Below, piece after piece: positions 26,001 through 37,335 of a DNA stretch of 64,000 bases (positions are counted from its first letter, which is position 1; every line of letters begins with the position of its first letter). The stretch spans positions 2,944,001-3,008,000 of the forward strand of contig CBDCCK010000002.1 in assembly GCA_965214835.1 (NCBI GenBank). The letters run 5' to 3'. A program made the translations under genes and the position numbers. This DNA is from Nitrosopumilaceae archaeon. Its GTDB lineage: Archaea > Thermoproteota > Nitrososphaeria > Nitrososphaerales > Nitrosopumilaceae. Below the pieces are notes generated by a model. It saw only the letters and a program-made list of their open reading frames with translations, did no database searches and had not been told where the DNA came from.

Positions 26001-29000
26001 GTTATTGTATTGTCATCATGGGTGGCAGACCCGTTGGGCGGGTTTTCGATTGCCGATATCACCGGGGTGTCCGATGTGTCTGGATCCGATATGGAAGGCG
26101 TTATTGTTATGGGTGTGTCCTCTGCGGTGGTTGCCGTCTCGGAAGGCGCCACCGGTGGGTCGTTGGACGGCTCTCCCAAGTTCAGCTCTACTATCTGGAG
26201 GCCGGCATCGCCAAAGGCGGCCACCGCTGCGTAGATGTCCTGCCCTATCATGAAGATGTCCACGCCGCGTGGGCTGTTAAGCTCTAGGGAGCCCATATCC
26301 CCCAGATTCCCAGCGGCGGTGAGATTGGCAGGATCGGTAATGTCTACTAGCTGGATGCCGTTGTCAGAGAGGGATGTAACCACCGCGTAGGTGTTGCTGC
26401 CGAATGTAAAGACATCCACGTTGCGTGGGCTTCCAAGTCGCAAGGCGCCATTATCTCCCAGTCTGCCGGCGGCAGTCGGACTGGCAGGGTTGGAAACATC
26501 CACAATCTGGATGCCGTTGTCTACTTCGGCGACCACTACCGCATAGGTACTCTGTCCGATCGTGATAACGGCCACGTCAAGGGCGCCGCCAAGCCGCAAG
26601 AATCCCCCATCCCCTAGGCTGCCGGCCTCGATGGGATTGACAGGATCGGTGACGTCTACGATCTGGAGGCCGTTGTCAAGCACGGAGGCGACTGCGGCGT
26701 AGGTTCTGCCGTCTATCGTAAAGACGTCTACTCCAGAGGCGCCATCAAGTCGCGTGGAGTTCGTATCTTCTAGGCTGCCGGCGGCAGTCGGACTGGCAGG
26801 ATCGGTGACGTTTACAATCTGGATGCCGTCATAGTAGGAGCTGACTGCGGCGTAGGTGCTGCCGTCTATCGTAAAGACGGCCACGCCGAAGGCGCCGTCA
26901 AGCTTCTTAGAGGGTGTATCTGACACCCGACCTGTGGCCTGCAAACTGGCAGGATCGGTAACGTTTACAATCTGGATGCCGTCATCATTGTGGGAGGCCA
27001 CTACGGCGTAGATGCTGCCGTCTATCGTAAAGACGGCCACGCCGCGTGGGCTAGCAAGTCGCAAGTCGTTATTATCTTCCAGGCTGCCGGCGGCAGTCGG
27101 ACTGGCAGGATCGGTGACGTTGATAATCTGGATGCCATCATCATATTCGGAGGCGACGGCCGCGTAGGTGCTGCCGTCTATCGTAAAGGTGTCCACGCCG
27201 AAGGCGCCGTCAAGCAGCAATTGCTGGCTGTCTCCTATATTCCCGACCGGGGTCAGCGTGAGTGTTGGTGGAGCATCACCCACGACTATGTCAAAGGATT
27301 CAGAGTCGGTGCCGCCCCGGCCGTCGTCTACCGTTATTGTGACCTCGTGGGTCTGCCCGGCATCTGCCTGCACGGGCGTCCAGACGATGCTGCCGTTCGA
27401 GGTATCAAATACGGCAGCTGCCGGCAGCGTGCCGCGCGATATCGAGTACGTGTGCGTGTCGGTCGTGTCGGCGTCGGTTACCGTGGGTGTTATGCTCAGC
27501 TGGACTCCCGGCGTTGCGGTCTGGTCGCCTATTGTTCCTAGGACGGGGGCGCTGTTGGGAGCCAAGCTTGCACCCTCGGCAAGCTTTACTGTCTGGAGGC
27601 CCTCCGTGTCTGTTGCCACCACGGCGTACACGTCCCCGCCGATCTCAAACAGGGCCAGATCCCGTGCATTTTCAAGGGAGAGCGACAGGTCGTCCCCAAT
27701 GGATCCGGCCGCTGCGGGATTGTCGGGGTTGGTTATATCCACAATCTGGAGGCCGTCGTCGCTCTCGGAGGCCACTGCTGCGTAGACGGTCTGGCCCACC
27801 CAGAACATCTCCACGCCGCTGGCCCCGGCAAGCAGCCTGTCGCCGCCATCTACAAGCTTTCCGGCAGGCGACGGATTGTCGGGATCGGTGACGTTTATGA
27901 TCTGGAGGCCGTTTTCAAGATGTGACGCCACTGCCACGTATGCAAAGCCTCCCACCTCGAAGGTGTCCACGGCGCGGATTCCCCTGAGCAGCATGTCAGT
28001 GTTGTCTGCCAGCCGTCCCGTCTCTGCAGGACTGGACGGGTTGCTGACGTCTATGATCTCAAGGCCGTCATCTCCCCACGAGGCCACTACTGCATATGTG
28101 GAGCCGCCCCTCTTGAAGGTGTCCACCGAGGAGGTATCAGCAAGCAGCCTGGAGCCGTTATCTGCCAGCTCCCCTGGTGCCGTCAGACTGCTGGGATCGG
28201 TGACATGTACAAGCTGGAGGCCGCCGTCGTGCTGTGAGGTGACTGCCGCGTAGGTGTTGGTGCCTATCGTAAAGGTGGTCACCGCGTTGGCGCCTTCAAG
28301 CAGCCGGTTGCCGCCGTCTGCCACCCGTCCGACCGAGGCAGGGTTGTCCGGATCGGTGACGTCGATTATCTCGACGCCGTCATCACCATTGGAGGCCACC
28401 ACGGCGTAGGTCTTGCCGCCCGTCTCAAAGGTGTCCACGGCGCGCGCGCCATCAAGCCGCAGGGTGATATCGTCGTCAAGCTGTCCGGCCGCTGCAGGGG
28501 CTGCCGGATCTGTTATGTCCATGATCTGGATGCCGTCCTCGCTGCCGGAGACGGCGACCGCATAGGTGGAGCCGCCTATCTCAAAGGTGTCCACGCCGCG
28601 GGACAGATCAAGCAGCAGACTAGCAGTGTCTGGAATACTCTTGGAGGGAATGGGGCTGTCTGGAGTAGCCGTCGTGATCGGGTTGTCGGCTGCAGATTCT
28701 ATCTGGTTCCCGAACAGATCCGATACAGCGCCTGCTGCGATGTCAAGCTGCGGGGTTGCCATCCGGGCTATGTCGTCCAGCTGGGACTGGGTAAGCGTAA
28801 GGTATATCGTGTCAGAGTCAGGTACAGTATCATCGAATGTCGCCCCAGTCAGGGCCACCTCGTTTGTTTCGCCCGCGTCGCTGACGTACAGTTTTGACAG
28901 GTCGGTCTCCGAGACGTCTATTGTCTCGCTGAAGGTTACAACCACGGCACCGGTGTGCCTGTCCATGGTAGCAGATGCGAACTCGGGTTCTGTATCGTCC

Positions 29001-32000
29001 TCGTCAAGACCCACCACCTGGAGGCCCTCGGTATCGGAGGCCACCACGGCGTAGGTGCCCCTGCCGCTTGTGAACACGGCCAGATCCCGGGCCTTATCAA
29101 GGGAGAGCGACGGGCCGTCCCCCAGGAATCCGGCCGCCGCCGGGTTGTCGGGATCGGCTATATCCACAACCTGGACGCCGTCGTCGCCCTCGGATGCCAC
29201 TGCGGCGTAGACTCCAGTATAGGTCCGGAACACCTCCACCCCACTGGCCCCGGCAAGCCGCAGGTCGCCGCCGTCTGCAAGCTTGCCTGCCGCCGCCGGA
29301 TTGCCGGGATCGGAGACGTCGATTATCTGCAGTCCGTGGTCGAGATGCGATGTGGCCACCGCGTATGTGGAGCCGCCCGTCTCGAAGGTGTCCAAGTCGC
29401 GGATTCCGCGGAGCAGCAGGTCGTTGTCGTCTGCCAGGTTGCCGGCGGCTGCCGGGTTGTCGGGATCGGAGACGTCTATGATCTGGAGGCCGGGCTGGCC
29501 CCATGAGGCCACGACTGCATATGTGGAGCCGCCCGTCTCAAAGACGGCCACGGCGCTGGTGTCGACAAGCAGCCGACTGCTATCGTCTGCCAGATTGCCG
29601 GCGGCTGCCGGACTGGCAGGATTGGTGACGTCTATGATCTGGAGGCCGTCGTCGTGCTCTGAGGTGACTGCGGCGTAGGTGTTGGTGTCTATCGTAAAGG
29701 TGGTCACGCCGTTGGCGCCGTCAAGCAGGCGGGAGCCGTCGTCTTTCACCCGTCCAACCGAGGCAGGGTTGTCCGGATCGCTGACGTCGATTATCTCGAC
29801 GCCGTCATCACCATTGGAGGCCACCACGGCGTAGGTCTTGCCGCCCGTCTCAAAGGTGTCCACGGCGCGCGCGCCCCAGAGCAGCAGCGTGCTGTCATCG
29901 TCCTGCAGGCTTCCGGTGGCTGCAGGAGCTGCAGGATTTGTTACATCCACGATCTGGATACCGTCCACGTCGGAGGAGACGGCCACCGCATATATCGAGC
30001 CGCCTATCTCGAAGGTGTCCACACCGCGGGACTCGGCAAGCAGCAGGTTCGCATCGTCGGGCAGTCTTCCGGAGGGGATCGGGTTGGCCGGGCTGGCCGT
30101 CGTGATCGGGTTGTCGGCTGTAGATTCTATCTGGTTCCCGAACAGATCCGATACAGCGCCTGCTGCGATGTCAAGCTGCGGGGTTGCCATCCGGGCTATG
30201 TCGTCCAGCTGGGACTGGGTAAGCGTAATGGATGTAGTGTCAGAGTCCGGTACCGTGTCATCGAATGCAGCCCCAGTCAGGGCCACCTCGTTTGTTTCGC
30301 CCGCGTCGCTGACGTACAGTTTTGACAGGTCGGTCTCCGAGACGTCTATCGTCTCGTCGAAGGTGATCATCATGGCGCCGGTGCTGCCGTCCAGTGTGGC
30401 CGATGCGAACTCGGGTTCTGTATCGTCCTCGTCAAGACCCACCACCTGGAGGCCCTCCATATGGGAGGCCACCACGGCGTAGGTGCCCTTGCCGCTTGTG
30501 AACACGGCTAGATCCCGCGCATCGTCAAGGGAGAGCGACGGGCCATCCCCTAGGAATCCGGCTGCCGCCGGGTTGTCGGGATCGGTTATGCCCACAACCT
30601 GGACGCCGTCGTCGTCCTCGGATGCCACTGCGGCGTAGACTCCAGTATAGGTCCGGAACACCTCCACCCCGCTGGCCCCCCCAAGCAGCAGGTCGCCGCC
30701 GTCTGCAAGCTTGCCTGCCGCCGCCGGATTGCCGGGATCGGAGACGTCGATTATCTGCAGTCCGTGGTCAAGATGCGATGTGGCCACCGCGTATGTGGAG
30801 CCGCCCGTCTCGAAGGTGTCCAAGTCGCGGATTCCGCGGAGCAGCAGGTCGTTGTCGTCTGCCAGGTTGCCGGCGGCTGCCGGGTTGTCGGGATCGGAGA
30901 CGTCTATGATCTGGAGGCCGGGCTCGCCCCATGAGGCCACGGCTGCATATGTGGAGCCGCCCGTCTCAAAGACGGCCACGGCGCTGGTGTCGACAAGCAG
31001 CCGACTGCTATCGTCTGCCAGATTGCCGGCGGCTGCCGGACTGGCAGGATTGGTGACGTCTATGATCTGGAGGCCGTCGTCGTGCTGGGAGGTGACTGCG
31101 GCGTAGGTGTTGGTGTCTATCGTAAAGGTGGTCACGCCGTTGGCGCCGTCAAGCAAGCGGGAGCCGTCGTCTTTCACCCGTCCAACCGAGGCAGGGTTGT
31201 CCGGATCGCTGACGTCGATTATCTCGACGCCGTCATCACCATTGGAGGCCACCACGGCGTAGGTCTTGCCGCCCGTCTCAAAGGTGTCCACGGCGCGCGC
31301 GCCCCAGAGCAGCAGCGTGTCATCGTCGTCCTGCAGGCTTCCGGCGGCTGCAGGAGCTGCAGGATTTGTTACATCCACGATCTGGATGCCGTCCACGTCG
31401 GAGGAGACGGCCACCGCATATATCGAGCCGCCTATCTCGAAGGTGTCCACGCCACCGGACTCGGCAAGCAGCAGGTTCGCATCGTCGGGCAGGTTTCCGG
31501 AGGGGATCGGGCTGTCCGGAGTGGCCGTCGTGATCGGGTTGTCGGCTGCAGATTTCATCTGGTTCCCGAACAGATCCGATACAGCGCCTGCTGCGATGTC
31601 AAGCTGCGGGGTTGCCATCCGGGCTATGTCATTCAGCTGGGACTGGGTAAGCGTAAGCGATATCGTGTCAGAGTCCGGTACCGTGTCATCGAATGTAGCC
31701 CCAGTCAGGGCCACCTCGTTTGTTTCGCCCGCGTCGCTGACGTACAGTTTTGACAGGTCGGTCTCCGAGACGTCTATTGTCTCGTCGAAGGTGATCATCA
31801 TGGTGTCGGTGTTACCGTCCAATGCGGCCGATGCGAACTCGGGCCCTGTGGTGTCGATATCGCCAAGCTTTACCACCTGGAGGCCCTCTGTGTATGAGCC
31901 CACCACGGCGTGCGGACTCTCGCCGCTTGTGAACACGGTCACGACCCGTGCCTCTGCAAGCGAGAGCTGTGAGCTGTCCCCCAAGGATGTCACGGCTGAC

Positions 32001-33052
32001 GGGTTGCCCGGATCGGTGACATCTATGATCTGGAGTCCGTTGTCCTCTTGGGCTGCCACCGCCGCGTATACGCTCGAGCCAAGCCTGAATATATCCACGC
32101 CGCTGGCCCCGTCAAGCCGCAGGTCGCCTCCGTCTGCCAGCTTGCCGGCAGCCGACGGATTGTCGGGATCAGAGACGTCTATGATCTGGAGTCCGTCCTC
32201 GCGATGCGATGCTACTGCCACGTATGTGGAGCCGCCCGTCTCGAAGGTGGCCACGTCCCGGATTCCGTTGAGCAGCAGGTCGCCGCTGTCTGTCAGACTC
32301 CCGACAACCTCAAAGGTGCTTGCGGAGCTTTCGGGATTGGAGACGTCTATGATCTGGAGTCCCTGGGCCCAGGAGGCCACCACCGCGTATATGGAGCCTC
32401 CCGTCTTGAAGGTGTCCACATCGACGGTGTTGCGGAGATCCGGTGCCAGTAGCTGTCCGAAGGGGATGGGATTGCCGGGATTGCTGAGGCTCACAAGCCG
32501 AAGACCGCCGGTATGCTGGGAGGTGGCCAGCACGTATGGGGTTCCGCCGGCCGAATGAAAAACGGTCACGGAGCTGGCACCGTCTAATTGAATCGAGGGC
32601 GACGTACTGTCTGACAGCCGTGAGACCGAGACAGGGCGGGCAGGATTGGTGACTTCGAATATGTCGATGCCGTCCTCGCCATGTGAGGTGACGACAGCGT
32701 AGATCTTGTTGTTTCTAGTGAACGTATTCACAGAGGTAGCTGCATCAAGCAGCAGGGCGCCGCCGTTGGCGACCTGTCCAACGCCGGTCGGACTGGTCGG
32801 ATCGGCGATATCCACAATCTGGAGGCCGTCCTCGTTGTTGGAGACGGCTGCAGTATAGATCGTGCCGTTTACAGTAAAGACATCTACTCCCCTGATTTGA
32901 CCAAGCAGCAGATCGCTGCTATCTGCCAGACTCCCGACGGCGGTCAGATTCACCGAGGCCTGCTGTGCGTATGCCTCCTGCACGCCACCGGCGGCGGCCA
33001 TGCCAGAGACGGCGGCCGCAATGAACACGAGATACATGGAGGCAGTATGCAC
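23018..33052 (-). CDS. Giant secreted/surface protein (3344 aa): LVIVD-type repeat modules, cadherin/Ig-like domains, type 1 solute-binding-protein-like domain
   Basis: Signal peptide (..QEAYA), many YAVVAS..DGLQIIDVSDP repeats, NSAPVL..D.D and YVDPGAT Ig motifs, GP.RS..CCSTAPSL..DNIFRLAPDD. Confidence 0.92.
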   Translation of the reverse strand: MHTASMYLVFIAAAVSGMAAAGGVQEAYAQQASVNLTAVGSLADSSDLLLGQIRGVDVFTVNGTIYTAAVSNNEDGLQIVDIADPTSPTGVGQVANGGALLLDAATSVNTFTRNNKIYAVVTSHGEDGIDIFEVTNPARPVSVSRLSDSTSPSIQLDGASSVTVFHSAGGTPYVLATSQHTGGLRLVSLSNPGNPIPFGQLLAPDLRNTVDVDTFKTGGSIYAVVASWAQGLQIIDVSNPESSASTFEVVGSLTDSGDLLLNGIRDVATFETGGSTYVAVASHREDGLQIIDVSDPDNPSAAGKLADGGDLRLDGASGVDIFRLGSSVYAAVAAQEDNGLQIIDVTDPGNPSAVTSLGDSSQLSLAEARVVTVFTSGESPHAVVGSYTEGLQVVKLGDIDTTGPEFASAALDGNTDTMMITFDETIDVSETDLSKLYVSDAGETNEVALTGATFDDTVPDSDTISLTLTQSQLNDIARMATPQLDIAAGAVSDLFGNQMKSAADNPITTATPDSPIPSGNLPDDANLLLAESGGVDTFEIGGSIYAVAVSSDVDGIQIVDVTNPAAPAAAGSLQDDDDTLLLWGARAVDTFETGGKTYAVVASNGDDGVEIIDVSDPDNPASVGRVKDDGSRLLDGANGVTTFTIDTNTYAAVTSQHDDGLQIIDVTNPASPAAAGNLADDSSRLLVDTSAVAVFETGGSTYAAVASWGEPGLQIIDVSDPDNPAAAGNLADDNDLLLRGIRDLDTFETGGSTYAVATSHLDHGLQIIDVSDPGNPAAAGKLADGGDLLLGGASGVEVFRTYTGVYAAVASEDDDGVQVVGITDPDNPAAAGFLGDGPSLSLDDARDLAVFTSGKGTYAVVASHMEGLQVVGLDEDDTEPEFASATLDGSTGAMMITFDETIDVSETDLSKLYVSDAGETNEVALTGAAFDDTVPDSDTTSITLTQSQLDDIARMATPQLDIAAGAVSDLFGNQIESTADNPITTASPANPIPSGRLPDDANLLLAESRGVDTFEIGGSIYAVAVSSDVDGIQIVDVTNPAAPAATGSLQDDDSTLLLWGARAVDTFETGGKTYAVVASNGDDGVEIIDVSDPDNPASVGRVKDDGSRLLDGANGVTTFTIDTNTYAAVTSEHDDGLQIIDVTNPASPAAAGNLADDSSRLLVDTSAVAVFETGGSTYAVVASWGQPGLQIIDVSDPDNPAAAGNLADDNDLLLRGIRDLDTFETGGSTYAVATSHLDHGLQIIDVSDPGNPAAAGKLADGGDLRLAGASGVEVFRTYTGVYAAVASEGDDGVQVVDIADPDNPAAAGFLGDGPSLSLDKARDLAVFTSGRGTYAVVASDTEGLQVVGLDEDDTEPEFASATMDRHTGAVVVTFSETIDVSETDLSKLYVSDAGETNEVALTGATFDDTVPDSDTIYLTLTQSQLDDIARMATPQLDIAAGAVSDLFGNQIESAADNPITTATPDSPIPSKSIPDTASLLLDLSRGVDTFEIGGSTYAVAVSGSEDGIQIMDITDPAAPAAAGQLDDDITLRLDGARAVDTFETGGKTYAVVASNGDDGVEIIDVTDPDNPASVGRVADGGNRLLEGANAVTTFTIGTNTYAAVTSQHDGGLQLVHVTDPSSLTAPGELADNGSRLLADTSSVDTFKRGGSTYAVVASWGDDGLEIIDVSNPSSPAETGRLADNTDMLLRGIRAVDTFEVGGFAYVAVASHLENGLQIINVTDPDNPSPAGKLVDGGDRLLAGASGVEMFWVGQTVYAAVASESDDGLQIVDITNPDNPAAAGSIGDDLSLSLENARDLALFEIGGDVYAVVATDTEGLQTVKLAEGASLAPNSAPVLGTIGDQTATPGVQLSITPTVTDADTTDTHTYSISRGTLPAAAVFDTSNGSIVWTPVQADAGQTHEVTITVDDGRGGTDSESFDIVVGDAPPTLTLTPVGNIGDSQQLLLDGAFGVDTFTIDGSTYAAVASEYDDGIQIINVTDPASPTAAGSLEDNNDLRLASPRGVAVFTIDGSIYAVVASHNDDGIQIVNVTDPASLQATGRVSDTPSKKLDGAFGVAVFTIDGSTYAAVSSYYDGIQIVNVTDPASPTAAGSLEDTNSTRLDGASGVDVFTIDGRTYAAVASVLDNGLQIVDVTDPVNPIEAGSLGDGGFLRLGGALDVAVITIGQSTYAVVVAEVDNGIQIVDVSNPASPTAAGRLGDNGALRLGSPRNVDVFTFGSNTYAVVTSLSDNGIQLVDITDPANLTAAGNLGDMGSLELNSPRGVDIFMIGQDIYAAVAAFGDAGLQIVELNLGEPSNDPPVAPSETATTAEDTPITITPSISDPDTSDTPVISAIENPPNGSATHDDNTITYTPDQDYTGTDTFGYTVSDGTNTAQGTITITVTRDNNAPVLATIGDRNATPGAQLSIMPKVTDADPTDTHAYSISRGTLPAAAVFDTSNGSIVWTPVQDDIGQTHDVTITVDDGRGGTDSQTFEIAVTLYAIMLNGTNPWPHELGDPYVDPGATISGGSTVDINASAVDVNVRGDYIVNFMATDPNNNPVTATRIVQVRDTTPPEIMVSGEDPVTIPLGSTYIDAGATSTDNDPNYADAVSVDDTLVDTDRPGTYTVTYTATDDAGNTKIATRTVTVPAEYITMGALIPQTGGLGSHLGEHHTFAANAAVEDLNAYLERNGAVWRADQLVINDTEAADVQTLIRSLDSANITLVSGPVRSSELDAVRNYADSNGMILVSCCSTAPSLAIEGDNIFRLAPDDSQQGSVIAGLLGDEYEKDVMVVVWRGDIWGEGIRNSAVTEFEALGGTADELGSYDPDDPDLDGAFEALAARLETAVSGHVQEAGADRVSVLFIGQEEMSRFVAKAAGHPVLGTVQWMGSDASVLDNALVDDPGVFEFLRDANFQASVFAEDSDSPAYRYLTDIIDDEFGTAPAVYTYGMYDTIWVLGLALEEAGWDAEPGEIRAALPEAASRYVGAIGDIELNAAGDLDWSMYAVWGIDDSGWMRLGIWDDGFKPDSRGGGNDDEWQTAPTFGVSPQTGGQMVSCGYSMDGICRDVLDYHVDYRRESIQTDTKHDFTLRAHSAAGVQQFQIGFGVPGVGSPIGDAEAVLTVELGRDYTADSTYEILDAVYTDPNDVIGEAALGVELVGCMSPADPTRCVELSIEGLLFREQMYHEPFVIYVMDVQRWSAQNYMNDGLLVQGDSMNPVPLDTAGIYKRGQQYEAAVIQLERTDKLADLWADQWGNEWARNSHGTWYRTVPDAFERHQDVPWKVMNRMNSNFATLVQAEQDRAVLVFDASQLIREPGSVIPYEHPAVLPEEVRLERLADSMAAERQRAQEIIDRMMSMTYHVSD

Positions 33053-33227
33053 ATGGATCCGACGGGACGGATGCGGCCGTATCGAAGCTACGGCAGGTCA
33101 CCCCCCCCCCCAAGCGATCAGGGGAACTTTAGCAGGGGCGTCCTGCCTCATGACAGCATGTAAAGCGCTCATTCTGATGTCATGGTTAAATCTAGTATTA
33201 TTATTAAAGATATACTTGAAGGGGGGG

Positions 33228-34877
33228 GTACGAGTTTACCCCTCAGGCGACGCTGCCAGTCAGGGTCTTGACGAGCATTTCCCTCACGCCGCACCCCCGG
33301 GCGCGCCAATTCATCGCGCACGTCATCAATACGGTGAACATCTCCATGCCTTCCATGGTACGGAGTCCTTGGAATACCTTGCGCGCAATTACGGACGGCC
33401 TCAGCATGCGCTCGGCCAGGTTGTTGGTGGGCTCCATGCCTGGATGCAATGTGAACGTGTAGAGAAATTCCGAGGCGTTCCCAAGCTTTGTGGCAAAGCT
33501 CTCGCATCCGGCCTCCCTGCCGAATGCCTCGGCCAGCCCGCGCGTTTCTGCCACCAGCATGTCGTGCCGGGCGGCGCCCTCCTCCTCCGGCGGCCCCAGC
33601 CCCTTGGCATGGATGAACTTTTTCTTGAGTGTACCATACAGCGCGTGGGCCTTCCGGGAGGTCTTGCCGGCCTCCCTGGCCTCCCGGAGTATGTGTGCCC
33701 AGCACCACTGCCTGGTCTTGAATGCGGCGTATACGCCGTACCCGTCGACTGTGACCGGTTTGTCATAATACGGAAAGTTCATGTCAACTACGGCCCTGCC
33801 CCTACTGGGTGCGGCCAGCGTGTGGACGCCGGCGACGGTGCCGTCCCTGTTCCTGCCCACGACCACCCATATGCGGGCCGTCCTGCCGTTGTATGGCATG
33901 GCAGTCTCGTCAATATGCAGATAATCAGAATCCCTGATGGCCTGCCTGATGCTCTCTACGCCGGGCTTTATCGCATTGGCGCCGGCCCTCAGGCACTGCA
34001 GCACGCCTGCCTCTGACACTTCTATGCCTAGGATTTCTGAGCACAGTGTGGCCGTGGCCTGTATGGAGGCAGGTGCCACGCGTATTGCGGCCATCATCCC
34101 CGTGATGTTTGGTCCAAACTCGGTTCCCGGCACGTTCCATGACCTGTCGTCTTCGATGCACATGTTGCCACAGTCGGCGCATTTGCGCCTGTATGCGGTG
34201 TGCTGTGTCGTGACCGGCTCGGGCCTCTTGGGGGTATCGGTCACAAGCTTGGAGAAGATCTTTTTCGGCTTCTTCATGTTGGTGCTGCCGCACTTGCCGC
34301 ACTTTTTGGGGTAGTGCTTTACAAACAAGGTCGGTTTTCTGGCGTGTGAGACCCCCTCGTGTCCCTGTCTGCGGCCCGGCTTTGCCTTTGCAGGTGCCGG
34401 TACATTACCTGATGCCTTTGCCGCGGCGGCCTTTTTCTGCCGGGTAGGAATAGAGTTCTGCGATGAGGGGGTGTGAGGGTTTTCGTAATATCTGATGTGC
34501 TGTCTGAGCTGCTGGTTTTCTGCTTCCAGTGCCGCGGTTTGCGCGTCAGGTGCCGTCCCTCCCCGGGGTTCGCCCTCTGGCCACCCTGGGGCGGGCCCCT
34601 TTTGCTTGAACCAGTTGATCTGTGCTGTCTGCATCAGGATTGTCACCGAGGCCTCGGCCAGCTGTTCGGCAAGCCCGACTATTGCCCGATCCCTGTCTGC
34701 GATGATTCCATCCTTCTTGTCTGATTCGGCTATGACGCGGGCCAGCTCGTCGCGCAGTATCTTGATCTCTGAATCAGGCAATGAATACAGGTGTGGTCTT
34801 GACGTATATGGATCCAGATGGTGATCAAAAGTTGGCCTCGTACTCAACCTAAACTATAGGGAGGGGTAAACTCATAC
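33228..34877 (-). mobile_element. IS66-family element with single intact transposase ORF 33243-34847
   Basis: TIR GTAYGAGTTTACCCCT at both ends, 8-9 bp AAGGGGGG(G) target duplication; ENPHTPSS, zinc finger, HIDET, CWAHILR, PTNNLAER. Confidence 0.93.
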
Positions 34878-34880
34878 AAG

Positions 34881-36076
34881 GGGGGGCTGTCCAAAAAATT
34901 TCCGCAAAATGACAGCCAAGATTGTAGATCATGGGCGCACCACCAAAAACGATTTTGATCAGCCGATCCTGGATATCCCAATGAGCAACGACAGAAAGAA
35001 CACGGACTACAACCGCCTCTACGAGCAAAGGGGCGGGCAGGAGAGCTCCCGCAGGAAGAGGGCAAGGAAGAGCATGGGAGGGATCGTACGCAGTGTGGCC
35101 AGGAAGATGGCGGCCGAGACGGGAATCGACGCCGGCCTTGCGTGGTCTGCCATACGCATCGCGATCCTCAGGATCGAAAACGGCCTGTCCTACAGGAGGA
35201 TGGCCACGCATCTGGAGACAAACCCTGACGATCTCAGGAGGTGCGGCCTGAACTATGCGCCCTAAGTCCACCCTGCACAACAGGGTGAAGATGCTCGGGG
35301 ACATGGGCAAGGACTTTATGGACGAGGTCATGCTGGCCATGTCCGAGGGCGAGTACACAGTGGACCTGCACGGCGACTCGACGGGATTCGGCCTCCGCAA
35401 GTACAAGAGCTGGAGCCACGCAAAACACAGGGAGGTGACGGGGCACGACTTTGCAAAACTGCACGTAATAGGCGCAATCGGAGGCAGGATACTGTCATTT
35501 GAGGCCACGCCGGGCACGTCAGGCGACTCGCCGGAGTTTGCCCACATGATCGGCCGCATCCCCAAGGGCGGGTACGGAATCGTGGCGCTGGATTCGGCAT
35601 ACGACTCTACAAAAACTGCGAGCTGATTGCAGAGGGCGGCCACGGACCTATCATAAAGCCGGCAAAGGGGCATGGGAAGCCACACGGGTTCATCGCACGG
35701 GCCAGGATGCTGCAGTGGCTACGTGTCAGGCCAGACGAGTTCTGGCGCACCTATCACAAGAGGAGCCAGGCAGAGTCCCTGTTCTCGTCAATGAAGGAAA
35801 GGACTGGATCCGTCCTGCGTGCAAAGCTGGACGGAACCATCACTGTAGAGCTGTGCGCTCGCGTGCTGTGCTACAACCTTACGGTATAATTTTTTTATCA
35901 GAATCCCGTACTGTTGAACCGCAACACTACCGTAAGGTATGGTTCGCATGGATATTTGCGTTGCTGTATGCGCCGTTCTGGCCGTCCGGGGCCTCCAAAC
36001 GCCCCCGTATTGCCATCTAAAACCGCTCGCATCGGGGGCAGGCGGACAGCCTGTAGGAAAAAATTGGACAACCCCC
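34881..36076 (+). mobile_element. IS5-like DDE element; transposase 34909-35889 broken by two frameshifts
   Basis: TIR GGGGGCTGTCCAA / TTGGACAACCCCC; DSTG, KLH, DSAYDS, YHKRSQAESLFS motifs. Confidence 0.85.
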
Positions 36077-36082
36077 TTGGAG

Positions 36083-37263
36083 GGTTCTGTACAATCTTCG
36101 ACACCTGAAATATGGATCTTCTCCTGATTGAAAATTTTAGCCTAGACAGAGTCCTTGCTCAGGCCGGCGTTCTGGATTATCGTCTTCCACTTGTTCGTAC
36201 CGTCCACGCCTACCATGGCCGATTCTGCCGGCGTCTGGCCGTCCAGTGCACCGTGCTTTTTTGTGAAATTATAGTATACCCTCATTCCGTCAAGTATGGC
36301 AGTATCCATCTTCTTGAGGCCCCGGAACACCTTCTCGCGGTCTCTGATCTCGCCGTTGAGCCTCTCCATCCTGTTGTTGTTATCGCGGTCTCTTTTTCCT
36401 GCCAGATGGATGTGCTTCACGTGGTTTGTACCCTTGCCGAACACCCTCCTTGAGGACTTGGCATAGGCCGGCAGGCCGTCCGTGATGAAGTTCGTGGGAG
36501 ATTTTCCGGCCTGTGACTTTGTAAGCTGTAGCAGGCTGTCCGCATTGTGCTGGAACTTGTTGTCTGCCAGGTCCGAGGCCAGCCAGTAGCGCGTATCGTC
36601 GTCCATCGAGGCGAACAGATAGCACTGTTTCCCGGATATCTTTACCCGCACCTCGTCGGCACGGAACCAGCTGCCGACCCGTGGAACTATTCCATTGAGG
36701 TATCTGGCCGCAAGTCTGGAGTACTCGTCAACCCAGTTGTATATGGTCCTGAAGGACACATCGGTTCCCATCATCTCATAATGATCCGCCATATCCCGTA
36801 CCGACATTCCCGTATAGTACATCTGCAATGCCCCTGTAATGATGCCCTCATCATACTGCTTCCTCTCAAACCCAAAGTTTGTAGTAAACTCCCTTTTGCA
36901 GTCCTTGCACTTGAATTTCTGTAGATTACCCGACTTGTTCTTTCAAAGTCCCTTCCTGGTGATGCTGCCAGAGTCGCAGAATTTGCACAGGTCAAGCCTG
37001 CCCCGTTCCATGATTCTGAGTCCGTCGTGTCCGAACACGTTTCTTCTGACATACTCCAGTATGACCTTGATGTGCTTGCAGTCTGCCTTTCGGTTCCGGT
37101 GATCCGGACACTCGCAGACAAGCCCGCTGCCGGTCCTGGATACGGTGTAGAACTTGGATGGGTCGGACTGCGACCCTACCCTGAAGTCGTTGGTGCCGAT
37201 GATCTGGGTGGCGTGGCCGGGAGTTTCCATGATCTGCCTTGCTCTTTGCATTCTTGCGTTCAT
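36083..37263 (-). mobile_element. IS6-family-like transposase with N-terminal SWIM and zinc-ribbon domains, frameshifted near 36940
   Basis: End GGTTCTGTACAATCTT; CECPD..CKH SWIM motif; ADE, ITDG, NNNRMER. Confidence 0.88.
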
Positions 37264-37335
37264 GCTATACTATAGTGTCCATTTCATATATAGTTATCAC
37301 TATATAGGACAAACTATATAACAGGATTGTTTAGC

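Noticed and set aside
23040-32558. Long plus-strand ORFs opposite the giant gene
   Set aside because: Antisense shadows caused by GC-rich codon bias
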